This document shows, one piece after another, positions 1 to 14,173 of a stretch of 64,000 nt of DNA. Each line of letters opens with the position of its first letter. Within the stretch, counting starts at the first letter, position 1. The stretch lies in the NCBI RefSeq assembly GCF_006345805.1, contig NW_021832974.1:1363-65362 (forward strand), in the 5' to 3' direction. The DNA is from Octopus sinensis (taxonomy: Eukaryota). Below the pieces are notes generated by a model. That model saw only the letters and a program-made list of their open reading frames with translations. It did not search any database and was not told the origin of the DNA. The translations under genes and the position numbers were made by a program.

Positions 1-583
1 CGGTCGGTTATAAAGAAATGCACTCCAATTGAGTTCCTCTGCAGAAGGAAGAGAAGGCGTTTCCGGGATACGGTTGGGTCATCAGAAGATCATGTAAAGA
101 GAGTACGGCTGTTGTTGGAGGCAGGGATTACCAAATTAGTTAGTTCTAACCTATCTTTCTCGGTGATCTTGGAGTTAATAAATAAATTAGTAAAGATAAT
201 GGAGAAACAGTATCAAACGTGCATTTAAGTAGATTAAAAAAATTTGATTAAAAGTTTGAATTTTTTTAAATGAATTAATTCTTATTTTTTGTTGACTCCC
301 ATTAAATAAATCAAATTTCATTTATTTTAAAAATGTAAAGCCTCAAATGAATGATGTGTGATTTTTGTAGCACGTAGAAATATAAAAACTAATAAAAAAG
401 AAAATCGAGTAAATTATATTTTCAGATGATTTTTAGATTATATTTATATTTTTGGTAGTTTTTGCGATGGTGGGTTATCCAACCCGGTGGGCTATAAAAC
501 CGGTGAGAAAAAATAATAAAAATAATCCATCAAATAAACGATTAGTATTTCCAAAAAGTGGTTAAAATGAATAAAACAATCAG

Positions 584-2307
<1,724 letters not shown>

Positions 2308-2379
2308 CTAAATAAACTTATTTATTCAAGTAATGTAAATTATATTAAAAAATCAAATATTTGAATAAAGTATTATTAA

Positions 2380-4158
2380 TAGGGCAATTTTTTTTTAACC
2401 TAAAAACTTCGATTTTTTAACCTAAAAATTTTAACTTTTTAACCTAAAAATAACCAAATTTTAACCTATAAAACAAAAATTTTAACCTAACAAATTTTAA
2501 CTTAAGAATCATTTATTATACAAACATATAACATAATTCTCTATATTTTCAATATTAAAATTCCTGTTATCCCTCATAAAGTTTTTAATTTGAGAGAAGC
2601 ATCGTTCTATGGAAGAGGATGAAGGCTGACACTTTAAAAGCATACAATATTCTTCAGGAGAAATTGATGAATTTGTCATTCTTATAATTTGACATAAATC
2701 ATTTTTTTGTAATCGTTCATTCAAATATTTTTCAATTATATCTGATTCGTCGTCAAATTTTAAATTCTTTAGCTCATTGTAAGCTAACTCTATTGAGGAG
2801 TGAGAACTTTCAAATTTGCACAATAATTCTGCTATTATTAAACTAGTTTTACCTGGAATTGTCGAATAATTTCTAACAATAGAACTTAAGCTTTTTACTA
2901 GAGATTCATCTCTTAGGCTATTTTTTGCAGCCTGAACAATGATTCCATCATCAGGAATTGTTTTGAAAATGTATTAAATCACATGTATTAAATTTTTGCA
3001 TAATAAAATGCAGCAGTTAGCCAAGTACCCCATCTAGTTAAAACTACATGAGTGGAATTCCAATTTCATTGAATAGTCGTTTTCTCTTGTTATTTTTTGT
3101 TATTGCCGCTTGAATTGATGCAATAAGAGAATCAATTTCAGGATAAATAGTCCTGATTTTCATTGAACAATTATGCATCAGATGAGCAACACAAGTTACG
3201 TGAAATAACCTTGGATATAAAAGCTTAAGAACTTTTCCAGCTATAATTATATGTTAAATTAAAACCTGCTAGCATATATTTAGCGGAATCTGTTATTAGG
3301 AGAAGGAAATTTTGTCTTTCAATTAAAACGCATTTAATCGTATCGTCAACAATTTGAATAATTGTTTCTTTGGTAGAAGTTTTGTCAATTTTTACGAAAG
3401 AAATCAAATAAGTTTTATCGGGATTTTTAAGTATCCCCATTAAAACTGCAACAAATTTTTGACTACGAATAGTGACCTCGTCACTTATGGCGAATACAAG
3501 TTGATTTCTAAAAAATTATATATTCATAAACCTAAACTTTTCTTGAAATAATACAATATATTCAGTTTTCAATTGTTTAACGCACATTCTTGCTTTGTAT
3601 TGGGAAGGAAGAGGCAAAGAAGTATTCTTGAATAAATTCTTTAGAGGAGGCATAGTCAATTTATGCAAGGGTATATCGCATTGAATAAATGCTTTAGTGA
3701 CTTGCATTGACCAGTCATCATGGGTAACTCGTCCAAACAAGGCTGATAGAAATTATTCTCTAAAAATTATATTAATTTGTAAAAACTTAATAAATTGAGT
3801 GCTTCTTCGATTCTCGGTGAGAATTCACAAAATGCTTTTTCTCACACCTGACTGTGCATAAGCAAAGTTGACATTGCAACTCGCCATTCTCTCGTAATAA
3901 AAACTCCAGCGGATATTCAATAACAATTTTTTTTGCCTTAAAATACATTGTTTTTGCAGTTCTTGGCATACTAAACACCCACGCGCTATTTTAAATAAAG
4001 TTAAAATTTTTAACTTTATAAAAAAATTTTCTTTAACTTTTTAACTTTATTTTTTTCTTTAATAAGTAACTATTTCATTTAAAAAATACTTTATTTTTAC
4101 TTTTAAGCCAAAATACACATTTTCATATATTTTAACTTTTTTAACTTAAATTGCCCTA
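2380..4158 (-). mobile_element. hAT-superfamily DNA transposon, full length
   Basis: 11-bp TIRs TAGGGCAATTT / AAATTGCCCTA; perfect 8-bp TSD ATTATTAA at 2372-2379 and 4159-4166; subterminal TTTTAACCT-like repeats. Confidence 0.92.
2509..3978 (-). pseudogene. hAT transposase (N-terminal C2H2 Zn finger, DUF659-like core, hATC-like C-terminus) with micro-introns and a few 1-nt frameshifts
   Basis: CQLC...H...H finger, SDEVT, ITDSAKYM, HVTCVAH, TRWGTWL, SSSIERCFS. GT-AG introns at 3241-3265 and 3508-3530 restore the frame; a candidate intron lies at 3760-3786. Confidence 0.8.
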
Positions 4159-4249
4159 ATTATTAATATAATAGATATCTTTTCGGAAACCTTCTCTTTA
4201 TTCTGTCTAAATTTCACTAAACTTAATGTAATTTTTCAAAATACGGCAT

Positions 4250-5100
4250 TCTCCAAACAATTAATTTAAGAAACTGTTTAAATCAGAAAGCAACGGAATT
4301 GCAGCATTTACTGACAATCCCAGGAAATTGGAGTTGGAAATAACTCCTGTAGAAATTCAATGAGCATGTGCTAAGCTTAAAAACAATAAAAATCCAGGAC
4401 CAGAACTGCTTAAGTATGGAAGTAGGAATTTACATGTACTCATAGCGGATCTTTTCAACGGAATGCATATAACAAACGACAATCTGTCCCTGGACAAGGA
4501 GTACAGGTCTCTGCGCAAAAACCGCACAAAACTAAAGGAAAAAGAGAGAACCTCAGGCAAGTAATGAATAGCATACGGAGGTGCTGGCAATTATTGCTTT
4601 ACAAAAAATAAAGCCTCGTACATATAACTATTTATATAGCGGTTCGTGAAAGAAGGTCGACTTCTGAGATTATTTGAGCCATAGATGGCGATATTTCACT
4701 ATTTAAAGTTTCAAAAATGCGACAGGCACATTCGGAATCAATGTGTCAAGAGCTTTTGACTTGATCAATCGTCAGAAATTGATGAATCCCCTTACAGAAT
4801 TCTTTGACAAATCTTCTACCTGGATGATCCGGATACTCTTATCAGAAATCTATCTATTGGTCAGGTTCTAAGACAGATGCTTTAATTTATTTGAAACAAC
4901 AACTAGAACACTTCATGGAGATCCGTTATCTTTTAGGCTGTTTGTCATATATCTAGGAGCTGCATTGAGAGACTTAAAACCATACTATGAAAGAAAGATC
5001 AGTGTGGTGACTTACGCAGATGACGGGGATTTTATTTCCTCTGACAGTAATGGTCTAGAAAGTATATTGAAGATAATGCTAAAAAATTTTTTGGTATCTC
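4250..5100 (+). mobile_element. Degenerate RTE-like non-LTR reverse transcriptase remnant
   Basis: Fragments KLKNNKNPGP..ELLKYG, AFDLINRQKL, GDPLS..LFVIYL, YADD, interrupted by stops and frameshifts. Confidence 0.7.
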
Positions 5101-5777
5101 AATGTGCTTTAAATTTCAAAGTTTTATCGTAATAGAATGAACAAAAATTTAAGTGTAAACATATTTAAGGTAAAAAATGCTTCTTATGTTAGTTTGAAAG
5201 TTTCAAAACAAATAAAGTTTAAGTTTCTCGTAATTTAAATAGAGAAATGCTGTAAATAAAAAGCCAATATATATTGAGGATTTAAACCGAAAGCCTCACT
5301 TTTCTAGTCTCATAAATAGTTTATGAAATGCTTAGATAAATACAAAATCTTTAACAGTAACAAAATTACGTTACAGAACACTTCATTGTTTGGCCAGATT
5401 GTCTCATTGTAGAATTAGGCTTATTCCTCATTACTATACTACTTTCAAAGGGTAATGGGACGTAATCTTCACTTGACAGATGACAATTATTTACCATCAA
5501 GCATTGAGAAATAACTTAGTCGCCACCTAAATCAAAAGATTACGGGCTCACTGTCAAAATTGAAGTACAGTAATGAAAATAAATGGATTCTAATTCTTGA
5601 ATATGCGGTCTATCGCTACAATACAACAATTTACTCACTTTTAAATAAGACGACGTTTAGGCGATATTGGGAAATTTTTGGAATAAACCTGTTACCGATG
5701 ATCGAATGGGTAAAAGGTAAAATATTTTAAGTAATCTTAAGAATCCTTAGTAAAATTCTTTGATTTTGAATATTCTA

Positions 5778-6467
5778 TTAAATCTCCAAGTTAGTTGCAG
5801 ACTTTTTGACATTTTTTTCCAGTCCGACAGCTTCGAAGAGATTATTTACCTCATTCATCATATTCATCATTGTATCTTCTTTTTGTGAAAATATTTTTAG
5901 GTCATCCATGAACAGTAAGTGATTTGTTGTATATGTAATATAACTATGATCTTGGTTATCAATCATCACTTTTGGGTACTTTGCATTCAGAATTCTAAGA
6001 GGATCCATTACCAGGGCAAAGATTTGAGGTGACAAGGAATCACCCTGGAGTATGCCTCTTTCCAATTTTACCTCTCCGATGTCATTATGATTCAGAATTA
6101 GCTTTATTTTCCACTTCGTTACAAGGTTCTTCACAAAATTCACAGTGCAGCAAGGGAGTCCGGGAGGGTTGAGTGTTAAGTAAAGTGCGAGAACGACCTG
6201 GCTCATTCAGTGAATTTCGGTCTACGTGCTCCGCAGAAACTGGCATTCAATGGGCAGTGCGGCGTATTCAAGCACCTATAACAGAAAGTCGTGATCTACC
6301 GAATCAAACGCTTTCTTTACATCAATCCAGGTAGAAAACAAATTATTTCCGTTTTGCTTGTGAATGCACCGGTTAAGAATTGCTTCTTCCTTTGCCCCTT
6401 GACACATCCGCCGAGTTCCCAATTGATTATTGGCAATCAGATTATATGCCTCAATATAATTTCCCAA
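5778..6467 (-). mobile_element. Degenerate R4/RLE-type non-LTR RT fragment
   Basis: WIDVKKAFDSVDH, RGILQGDSLSP, NHLLFMDDLK; carries a ~99-bp insertion at ~6153-6251. Confidence 0.8.
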
Positions 6468-6477
6468 CTTCCTGAAT

Positions 6478-7678
6478 ATGTGGCGGAAAAAACAGTTGAG
6501 TGATCAGACTGTGGAGATTGAGAAGAGGATGACTGGAGTAGAAGGCGTAACAGTCCAAGTCTCGAAATGTTTACTTCAAGAGATCGTTAAATATTCGCCA
6601 AATTGGAAGGCCCCAGACTGCGATGATGTGTATAATTTCTTCCTAAAAAGTTCATATCGCAGTCAATCTTCAAACAGATGCTTAATATCATAAATGGAGA
6701 AACCACTCCTGGAGATTGGTTTTACAGAGGGGTGACACATTTTAAGTTGAACATCCGGTGACCCCAAAAGGCCCTAATGTCGGCTCTCTATAAACTGATG
6801 ACTAAATGTGTAAATACCAAGCTTGGCGATTTTGTGGGAGCTTTCTGCTTTTTCTCTAAAAATTAACTGGGAACAAGGCAGCTGTGTCAGGCGGCAAGAG
6901 TTAAACAAAGTGAATGGCTACAAACTCCATGCTGCATGGATCAACGTTAAAAAAGCATTTAATTCAGTAGATCACGTTTTTCTGATACAGATTTGGGAAA
7001 AGTCTTGTCAAGTTTGTTGAGTCGATGGCTACCAGATTAAGAGTAAAACTAAGGCTAAATGGCAAGTACATTCGAGATGTACGCATCGATAGGGGGATAG
7101 TTTGTCCCCCATGCTATTTATCTTTTTATTGGACCCCTTGAGCCATTTATTATCTCATAACTTCCCGAAGGTCTCTATGGGGCAAGGAAATCAGTGCACG
7201 TTATTTACAACAAATCACCTTCTCTTTATCAATAACTTGAACTTGTCTCGAAAAGTGAAGATGTAATTGTTCGAATGATGGAAGAGGTCAATCGTTATTT
7301 CCGTGCAGCTGGACTGGAGAAAAATTTGGAAAAGTCAGCCACGAATACCCCAATGCTACGGAGGATTTTGTGAATGTCAACAACTCTAGTCACTGGCTGG
7401 CCAAAGGCAATAACTCACCACAAGGCTTATTCTGTCTCGTGCAAGATATAAATTTATTCTTTGCAGAACATAACTCAATGTGTTTCCACTGCATGAAATG
7501 GAAGAAAATCGTCGATCACTGTGCCACTAGATGTGAGAAGATGTTACATGGGGATTATGTCAGGAGGCACGGTGAATTAGGAGATGCTTTCATTTTTGTC
7601 GAGAATTTGGACTCAAGAATGATAAAAAAAACTCAAAACACACTCGATGTGGCGACCAAAAGAAGTTTAATTAATTAA
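6478..7678 (+). mobile_element. Second degenerate copy of the R4/RLE-type non-LTR family, divergent from the first
   Basis: NWKAPD.D.VYNFFLK, AWINVKKAFNSVDH, GDSLSP, GLEKN.EKSATN, CFHC..DHCATRC..RRH knuckle. Confidence 0.75.
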
Positions 7679-8113
7679 TATCTTGATTTGTATTAAATTA
7701 TTAAACATTAGTCATTATTAAAATTAATTTTATTTGGAAAACCTAATGTATTAAATAATTACCAATAATCCTTAATTCTTTTGTTGTTGGTGATTGTTTT
7801 GTTTTTCTAATCATATTTTTTATTGATGATTCAATCTTTATTTTTTGTTTAAAATTGATTAAATATATTGTTGATTTACAGAAGTTCTTATAATCTAGGA
7901 TATTCTGTGATTGAATTGGTTTTATTTTGACAATAATTTAATCTTTTTTTCACCTTCATCATTTATATCTCTTCATTTTTATCATTTAATCTTTTTCCTT
8001 TGGTATTTTATTTTCCATGAATATTTGTTTGGATTGAGGTCTGTTGATTGACTTGACCATTCCAAAAACTTTACTTTATACGCCTGATTGGATTTACGCC
8101 AAATCAATTGTTT

Positions 8114-9131
8114 ATTATTATTATTTGCAACATACGTAGAATCATATTAGTTATAATTTTACTCGTGCAGCATTAAAAACAATCCTTTGAACCAGCCTCC
8201 TCCAACCTCCTCTGTCGTGAGCGAGTTTCCTCAGCTCGTCCAGATCCTCACCACTCCTTAGCCTTTTCTTCACACATTTCAGGTCTCCGTCAAGTGTTTC
8301 CGGCAGCGTAACACGTGGACGTCCACGGAAGCTCGATCCCTCTTTCAGGAAATAGCCCTCCATTGCTATGTTAGCTGGGGCAAGCATGTCCATTCGTAGA
8401 ATATGGCCAAATAACCTCCACCGCATATTAACGATTTCCACACTCAGAGGGCCAGTTCTGCATCTATTGTATAGCGATTCCTGGTTGATTCTTATAGGCC
8501 AGTTCAATCCCAGTAGGGATCTAAGTTGCCTGCGGTGAAAAGAATCGAGTCCACGTTGTTCAGTACTAGACATTCCCCAGGTCGCCGAATTATATGTCAG
8601 GATTGGTTTGACAAAGGCTTCATACATCCTCAGACGAAGTGACGTACAGAGTCGTCGTTTGCCGATCCACTCTTTCTTTATCTTGTTCATCGTGGCCCAA
8701 GCGAGAGCCTTTCTTCTGACAATATCATGGCCGTCCCCAAGTAGAGAACCGAGTTTGTTCGTTTTGCGCCAGGCTTCACTTGAGCTGCTCTCCATCCTCA
8801 TGATTTCAACGATGTCGGTTTTTCCAACGTTCATTTTAAGGAACCATCTGTTCAGCTCAGCAGGTGCCACTTCAAGGAGTCGAAGTAAGGCCGATTTGTC
8901 GTCTGACACGAAGTCGACGTCATCTGCATATACAATTTCGACGATATTGCCAGCATAGAATTTTCGAAGGTCTCGTAGTGCCGTCTCCAGATAGATCACG
9001 AATAGCAACGGCGAGAGGGCGTCTCCCTGAGGGGTACCGACGTTGCACGTGAATTCACGGGAAAACGCCGTGCCGACCCGCACCTTGAGCTTTGTGTTCG
9101 ATAGTAGTACTCTTATCATATTGACAGAGTC
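8114..9131 (-). mobile_element. 5'-truncated RTE-like non-LTR retrotransposon, young insertion
   Basis: Uninterrupted 328-aa RT C-terminal ORF (GTPQGDALSPLLF, YADD, KPILTYNSATW, RWRLFGHILR, RGRPR); (TAA)n tail; 12-bp TSD AATCAATTGTTT at 8102-8113 and 9132-9143. Confidence 0.92.
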
Positions 9132-9385
9132 AATCAATTGTTTATGGATTCCTTTTTTATTTTTTAGTCGATTAATGACTTAATATTGCATCTTAATTTT
9201 TCCCCATTTCAAAAATAATAAATTAATAGTCCTACAAGGAGAATACTAATAATTTATTGGAAAATAAACTAAAAATTGGTCCTCCAGTTTTATTTGTCAG
9301 ATGACTTGACGCATTTAATAGCGTCATTTGCCAATTTCATTACTTCTTCTTTTGTGGGGTGTTCGGCCGGGTAACTAAAATTATT

Positions 9386-9960
9386 TTAGATGAAAATTAT
9401 TTTTTCATGATTTAATGCCTGGCGAGATCCTGAACCAATTGATGATATTTCTTTATAACATGGAGCAAGCATGTCACGATTGATTATTGAAATATAATCG
9501 ATCATTTCTTTATAACATGGCTTTGTAGCCGTAGGAGTGTTACCCCGAGGGACTATTGTGGGGCGATTTGTATGTAAATACAGATCTGGTGACTCCATTA
9601 GAGCGGCCACATTGACCAGATGAATAGCTCTTATATTTGGTTAAGTTTCTAAAAAGAAATGGACACCACAAGAAATGCACCGCTAGCGTGCTTCAATCGA
9701 ATACAAATCTGCCATGACGGACGACACACACGTCGTCCTGGATTGCAAAAATCTCATCGCTATAAGAAGATAATATGAGATTAACTCACTCTTTAACTTA
9801 TGGTGTGACCATACTGTCGGTTTTCTTCGTGCCGAATTCCTCTCAATTTCATGGGGAATGAGGTTAAATAAATTAAAGGCCGGCAGAGTTATTCGGCTGT
9901 CAACAGCTACGACAATACCTCCTGCATATCTGATGGCCATTGCAGTTGTATGGTTTGAAT
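9386..9960 (-). pseudogene. Proteasome beta-subunit-like fragments (gene or pseudogene)
   Basis: AMAIRYAGGIVVAVDSR, DEIFAIQDDVCVVRHG and IGSGS segments resemble beta-type N-terminal strands and the GSG motif. I could not splice them into one frame. Confidence 0.5.
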
Positions 9961-10150
9961 AATCTCTTCATCAAACATCCGTAATTGGTAATAATGACGG
10001 AACGTTTGCAAATATAGTTAAAGTCGGGAGGTCGCGAGCCGAGCGCGCGACCGAGCACTAGACGCGACCAATCAAATTTACTCAATGTCAATCAATGTCA
10101 AAATAACTTATTTTATTGATTAGATCAAGGACAATTATTATTTCTGACTG

Positions 10151-11468
10151 TTATAACTTCTTAAGTCGTTTGGCATGAACTTTCATTACTGATCCATCAC
10201 TATTTTCCACATTGACAAAATTGTTAGACAATTTCGCAACAATAGTGAATGGATCCCCGTATGGATGTTCAAACCTGGTTAATCTCAAGGAAGGATTTGT
10301 CCCATAATCTTTTTGAATGCGAACCTTTTAAGTAATTATAAAATAAATACAATGTCTCCAATGTTTAATTCATATTTAGACACATGCACTCCCATCTTCC
10401 TGTTCATTCTCTTATAATATGGAGAATCCAAGTTAACTTTTGGGAAGTTGAATTCGAATTCATCTTTAGTTGAATTTAAAACATTTACTGTTAATTTCGG
10501 GAGTGTATTGAAGTTCAGCTGCCTCAACATCAGTATTTCCTAAAACAGTATTGAATCCAGGAATTCCACGATATCTCTCAAAGGGCTAACGCCTGCAAAA
10601 AATTTAAGACAAATAATTCACCTGTAGATGAATGAGGTGTTTGATTGTACAAAAACACAGTCTTTCTTATGTGTTTTACCCACTCTTTGGTGTCATCCAA
10701 ACTCATAATTTTTGAAAGGCTCCTTGTGACCGTCTGATTAAATCGTTCAACAATTCCCTGACTCTGGGGATTGTTTGGTCTTCCATGTATTTGTCGAACA
10801 CAAAACTCTTCACATACTTTTGTCACATGAGAATTTTTGAATTCTGTTCCGTTGTCTGATTGGAGAAACTTGCAGGGACCAAAATCCATAAAAATATCAT
10901 TCAGATTATTCGCCACCTCTACTCCACTTTTATTTTTAAGATTCCTTGTAAACGCATATTTCGAATATACGTCTATTACAGACCAAGAAAAATCATTGTT
11001 TTCATTTTTAAATCTACAAAATAAGTTAATTTTATACCGTTTAAGATCAATTAAATCTACTTGAAATCTTTCATTAGGTAAATCAGCAACAATATGAGTT
11101 GAATCATCATATTGTTTTAGTGGAACTGAAAATTTGCAAATATTGCATTCTTTAACAACTTGGCGAATGATCTCTCTTCTCAATATAAAAAATCTTCGCC
11201 TACATAAGGCTTCCAAAGCATTATGTCCGCAATGATTAGCTTCATGAATCTCACGTGCAATTAATTTCATCTCTTCTAAGCTCGTGGAAGCAATTACGAG
11301 CTTGTGTAGGCCGTTTACATCTTTAAGATATAGTTTCCCCTCTTTAATTAGGAAATTTTCTGCTTTCTTTTTGAGTCGATACTTCTTATGTTTGGAAAGA
11401 TCGACCTCCTCATTATTGAGTATAGATCTTAGGAAATTATATTCATCTTGATCTTTTACATTTTTCAT
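10151..11468 (-). mobile_element. Ginger/GIN-like DD35E integrase-transposase gene (no RT) with four micro-introns
   Basis: HHCC Zn motif (H..NH...C..C), FQVDLIDL, QSDNGTEF, GIVERFN (35 residues between D and E). Introns 11014-11037, 10593-10621, 10464-10488 and 10325-10350 extend the ORF to a C-terminal domain; one 1-nt frameshift near 10583. No TIRs found. Confidence 0.85.
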
Positions 11469-11471
11469 AAC

Positions 11472-11891
11472 TCAATCGTGGAAAATTGTTATAATTTTTA
11501 GCCTGTGAGGTTTCATATTCTTGAAAATACGTTTGTATGAGGTCGTCATAATATTTATTGAGAGGAAGCTCATATTCATTCGAGAAGCACTGAGTATGCG
11601 TAAATTCCTCCTAAAATTGACAAAGGGGATATTTTGCCCAAACTTCTTCATAAAACGTGTATTTTTCTGCCCCTTTTCTCTTTTTAAGATCCTCGGGTTG
11701 TTGTAATACAACCTTAAGACGCGATTGAACTTGTCAACCGTCATCTTAGGGTTGTCTTTCAACTCCTCCCACATTCTTGCAAATTCGGTCGGATTGGTGA
11801 TTCGAAAAGAATTCGACATCCCAATCCACATGAGATAAAGACACTTGTTGTTTAATTTTTCAATAAAAAATTCATACAAAAGAGTTTTCAT
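11472..11891 (-). CDS. ETS-domain protein (divergent)
   Basis: LLYEFFIEKL...W....FRITNPTEFARMWEELKDNPKMTVDKFNRVLRLYY matches the ETS pattern LWEFL..L...W...F....VAR.WG..KN.P.M.YDKLSRALRYYY. The C-terminal frame is uncertain. Confidence 0.75.
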   Translation of the reverse strand: MKTLLYEFFIEKLNNKCLYLMWIGMSNSFRITNPTEFARMWEELKDNPKMTVDKFNRVLRLYYNNPRILKREKGQKNTRFMKKFGQNIPFVNFRRNLRILSASRMNMSFLSINIMTTSYKRIFKNMKPHRLKIITIFHD

Positions 11892-13256
11892 TTCAAAATA
11901 CTATTTATATCCGCATAACGCAAAACACGTATTTATATTGTTCGTGGAGACGTAAATTACGGCAATTTTTGCGAATTTACGTATTTTTATTAAAATGGCG
12001 TCACGTCCGGTTTGTTTTAAATGTTAACTCGTAATTATTAAATATAAATGAACTGCGAAGACTCCTTTGTGGTTTATAAAATTTGTTGCAACTGTGATGG
12101 ACAGATGGAATGTGCATCTACACTCCAACAAATGCTAGAGAGGAGCACATTACATAGCGACAACTATTCCCAATGCTATTTGTTTTGTGTCTAGAACTGC
12201 TAGGCAGAGTCCTCACTGCTTAATCCGAACAAATGTCGATCGAGCATAATGAAAAGTATTATAGCACTAACCATCTCATATTCATAGTCGATATTAAACT
12301 GTTCCCTCAGTCTTTGGGATTCCAGTCCTTTCCTGACATTTAGTCAGCGAGGAGCGCTGGAAGGCATATTCTAGGAAGTCTACAGAACCAGAGAAGAGGA
12401 GAAAGAAGGGACAAAAGTTGCATGGAGTGTCACTTCATGTTCACTTCAAAAGCTCGGGATTTAGTCAAACAATTAATTAGCTAATTAGTTTCTTTTCATT
12501 AATTGAGTTTTATGGAAGCCATAATAAAATTGTGATATTTATCAACATTTTAATACAAAAGTTTAACAGATTAAAAACTACTCCGTTTAAAGAAATATTT
12601 CAAATGGTTTTAAGCACACACCTCCAAAACTTCATTACAGTTTTCAAAACCTCATTTGTTTCTGGCAAAGGTTATATCATAATGAAGAGTTTTTATTAAT
12701 AATGTGACCAGGTAGGAGGTCCCCTTTCTGCAACTATGTCGTGCCGAATGGACTCACGGATGGGCAACGTTGACAAGACTTGATTCCAGTTGAAAAATTG
12801 TTTCCTTTGTTGTGTTTGATTTGACTATATTTTGATGCCGGAACGTGACGATTTATAATATAAAACTAATCTAGCTTCGTTTTGGTTAATAAAATTAAAA
12901 AAAAAAAAAACTATATTTTGATTAAATTCAGGAGCATGGACTGCCCTCCCACATTGAAGACTCTCCCATCGTAGAGAGATATGTTCGAACAGCCACAACC
13001 TTCGATCAGTCACATTATTCTCAGTCTTCTCAAATCAAACGCATTCGGACAACGCGGAGGGCTGATGGTTCTCATCGACCAATTGCATCACATCACCGAG
13101 TTGATTCACCAAGTGTGTCTCAGTCAGGGAGGGACCTTCAAATTCTCATTTCCTTCAATTCCGATTTCATATTCGACCATGTAGGACTCCCAATGCATTG
13201 TAGGTCACCCAGCGCTATCAAGTCCAGACTTTCAAATAATAAAAATTCCCAAAAGG

Positions 13257-13443
13257 GAATGCGCCCAACCCGGAAGTACTGCAATACTGGGAGGACGCGT
13301 GGCATGGAGGAAGCAAGCTTCGCAACACACACCAAGGTACAAAAATAAGCATTATATCTTGCCCCGTGTAAGGGCGTCCCAGATATAAAGCTGGAAAGAA
13401 CAGATACTACACTTTGATCTTAGCCAAAAGGCCGAGAAGCGAC
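13257..13443 (-). ncRNA. U2: U2 spliceosomal snRNA
   Basis: Minus strand GTCGCTTCTCGGCCTTTTGGCTAAGATCAAAGTGTAGTATCTGTTCT; branch-point recognition GTAGTA; stems IIa/IIb with compensatory pairs; Sm site ATTTTTG; stem IV CCAGTATTGCAGTAC...GG. Confidence 0.96.
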
Positions 13444-13663
13444 AAAAGGGAAGTAATTTTCTTGAGACAATAATTATTCTAAAAAGCAAATACAGGATTC
13501 TTTATATTTATGCATAGTAATCATCATTATAATTTTAAAATAAATACATATTCATTATATCTGTCTTACAAGATTATAAGAAAATTTACATTATTTTTAT
13601 TTTTTATATTGAGCTAGTTTTTTAATTATTTTTGTTGAATTATAAGATATTCTTACTTCGACT

Positions 13664-14173
13664 TCGGCCTTACTTCGACTCTTGAAGTGGCACCTGCTGA
13701 GCTGAACAGATGGTCCTTAAATGAACGTTGGAAAAACCGACATCGTTGAAATCATGAGGATGGAGGCAGCTCAAGTGAAGCCTGGCGCAAAACGAACAAA
13801 CTCGGTTCTCTACTTGGGGACGGCCATGATATTGTCAGAAGAAAGGCTCTCGCTTGGGCCACGATGACAAGATAAAGAAAGAGTGGATCGGCAACGACGA
13901 CTCTGTACGTACTTCGTCTGAGGATGTATGAAGCCTTTGTCAAACCAATCCTGACATATAATTCGGCGACCTGGGGAATGTCTAGTATGAACAAATGGAC
14001 TCGATTCTTTTCACCGCAGGCAACTTAGATCCCTACTGGGTGAACTGGCCTATAAGAATCAACCAGGAATCGCTATACAATAGATGCAGAACTGGCCTCT
14101 GAGTGTGGAAATCGTTATATATGCGGTGGAGGTTATTGGCCATATTCTTACGAATGGACAGCTTGCCCCAGCT
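13664..14173 (+). mobile_element. Internal fragment of the same RTE family, inverted relative to 8114-9131
   Basis: Reverse complement of ~8380-8893, differing almost only by 1-2 nt indels. Confidence 0.9.

Noticed and set aside
11440-11560. Spliced ETS-integrase fusion through a micro-intron
   Set aside because: The GT/GC-AG candidates I tested all lead to stop codons.
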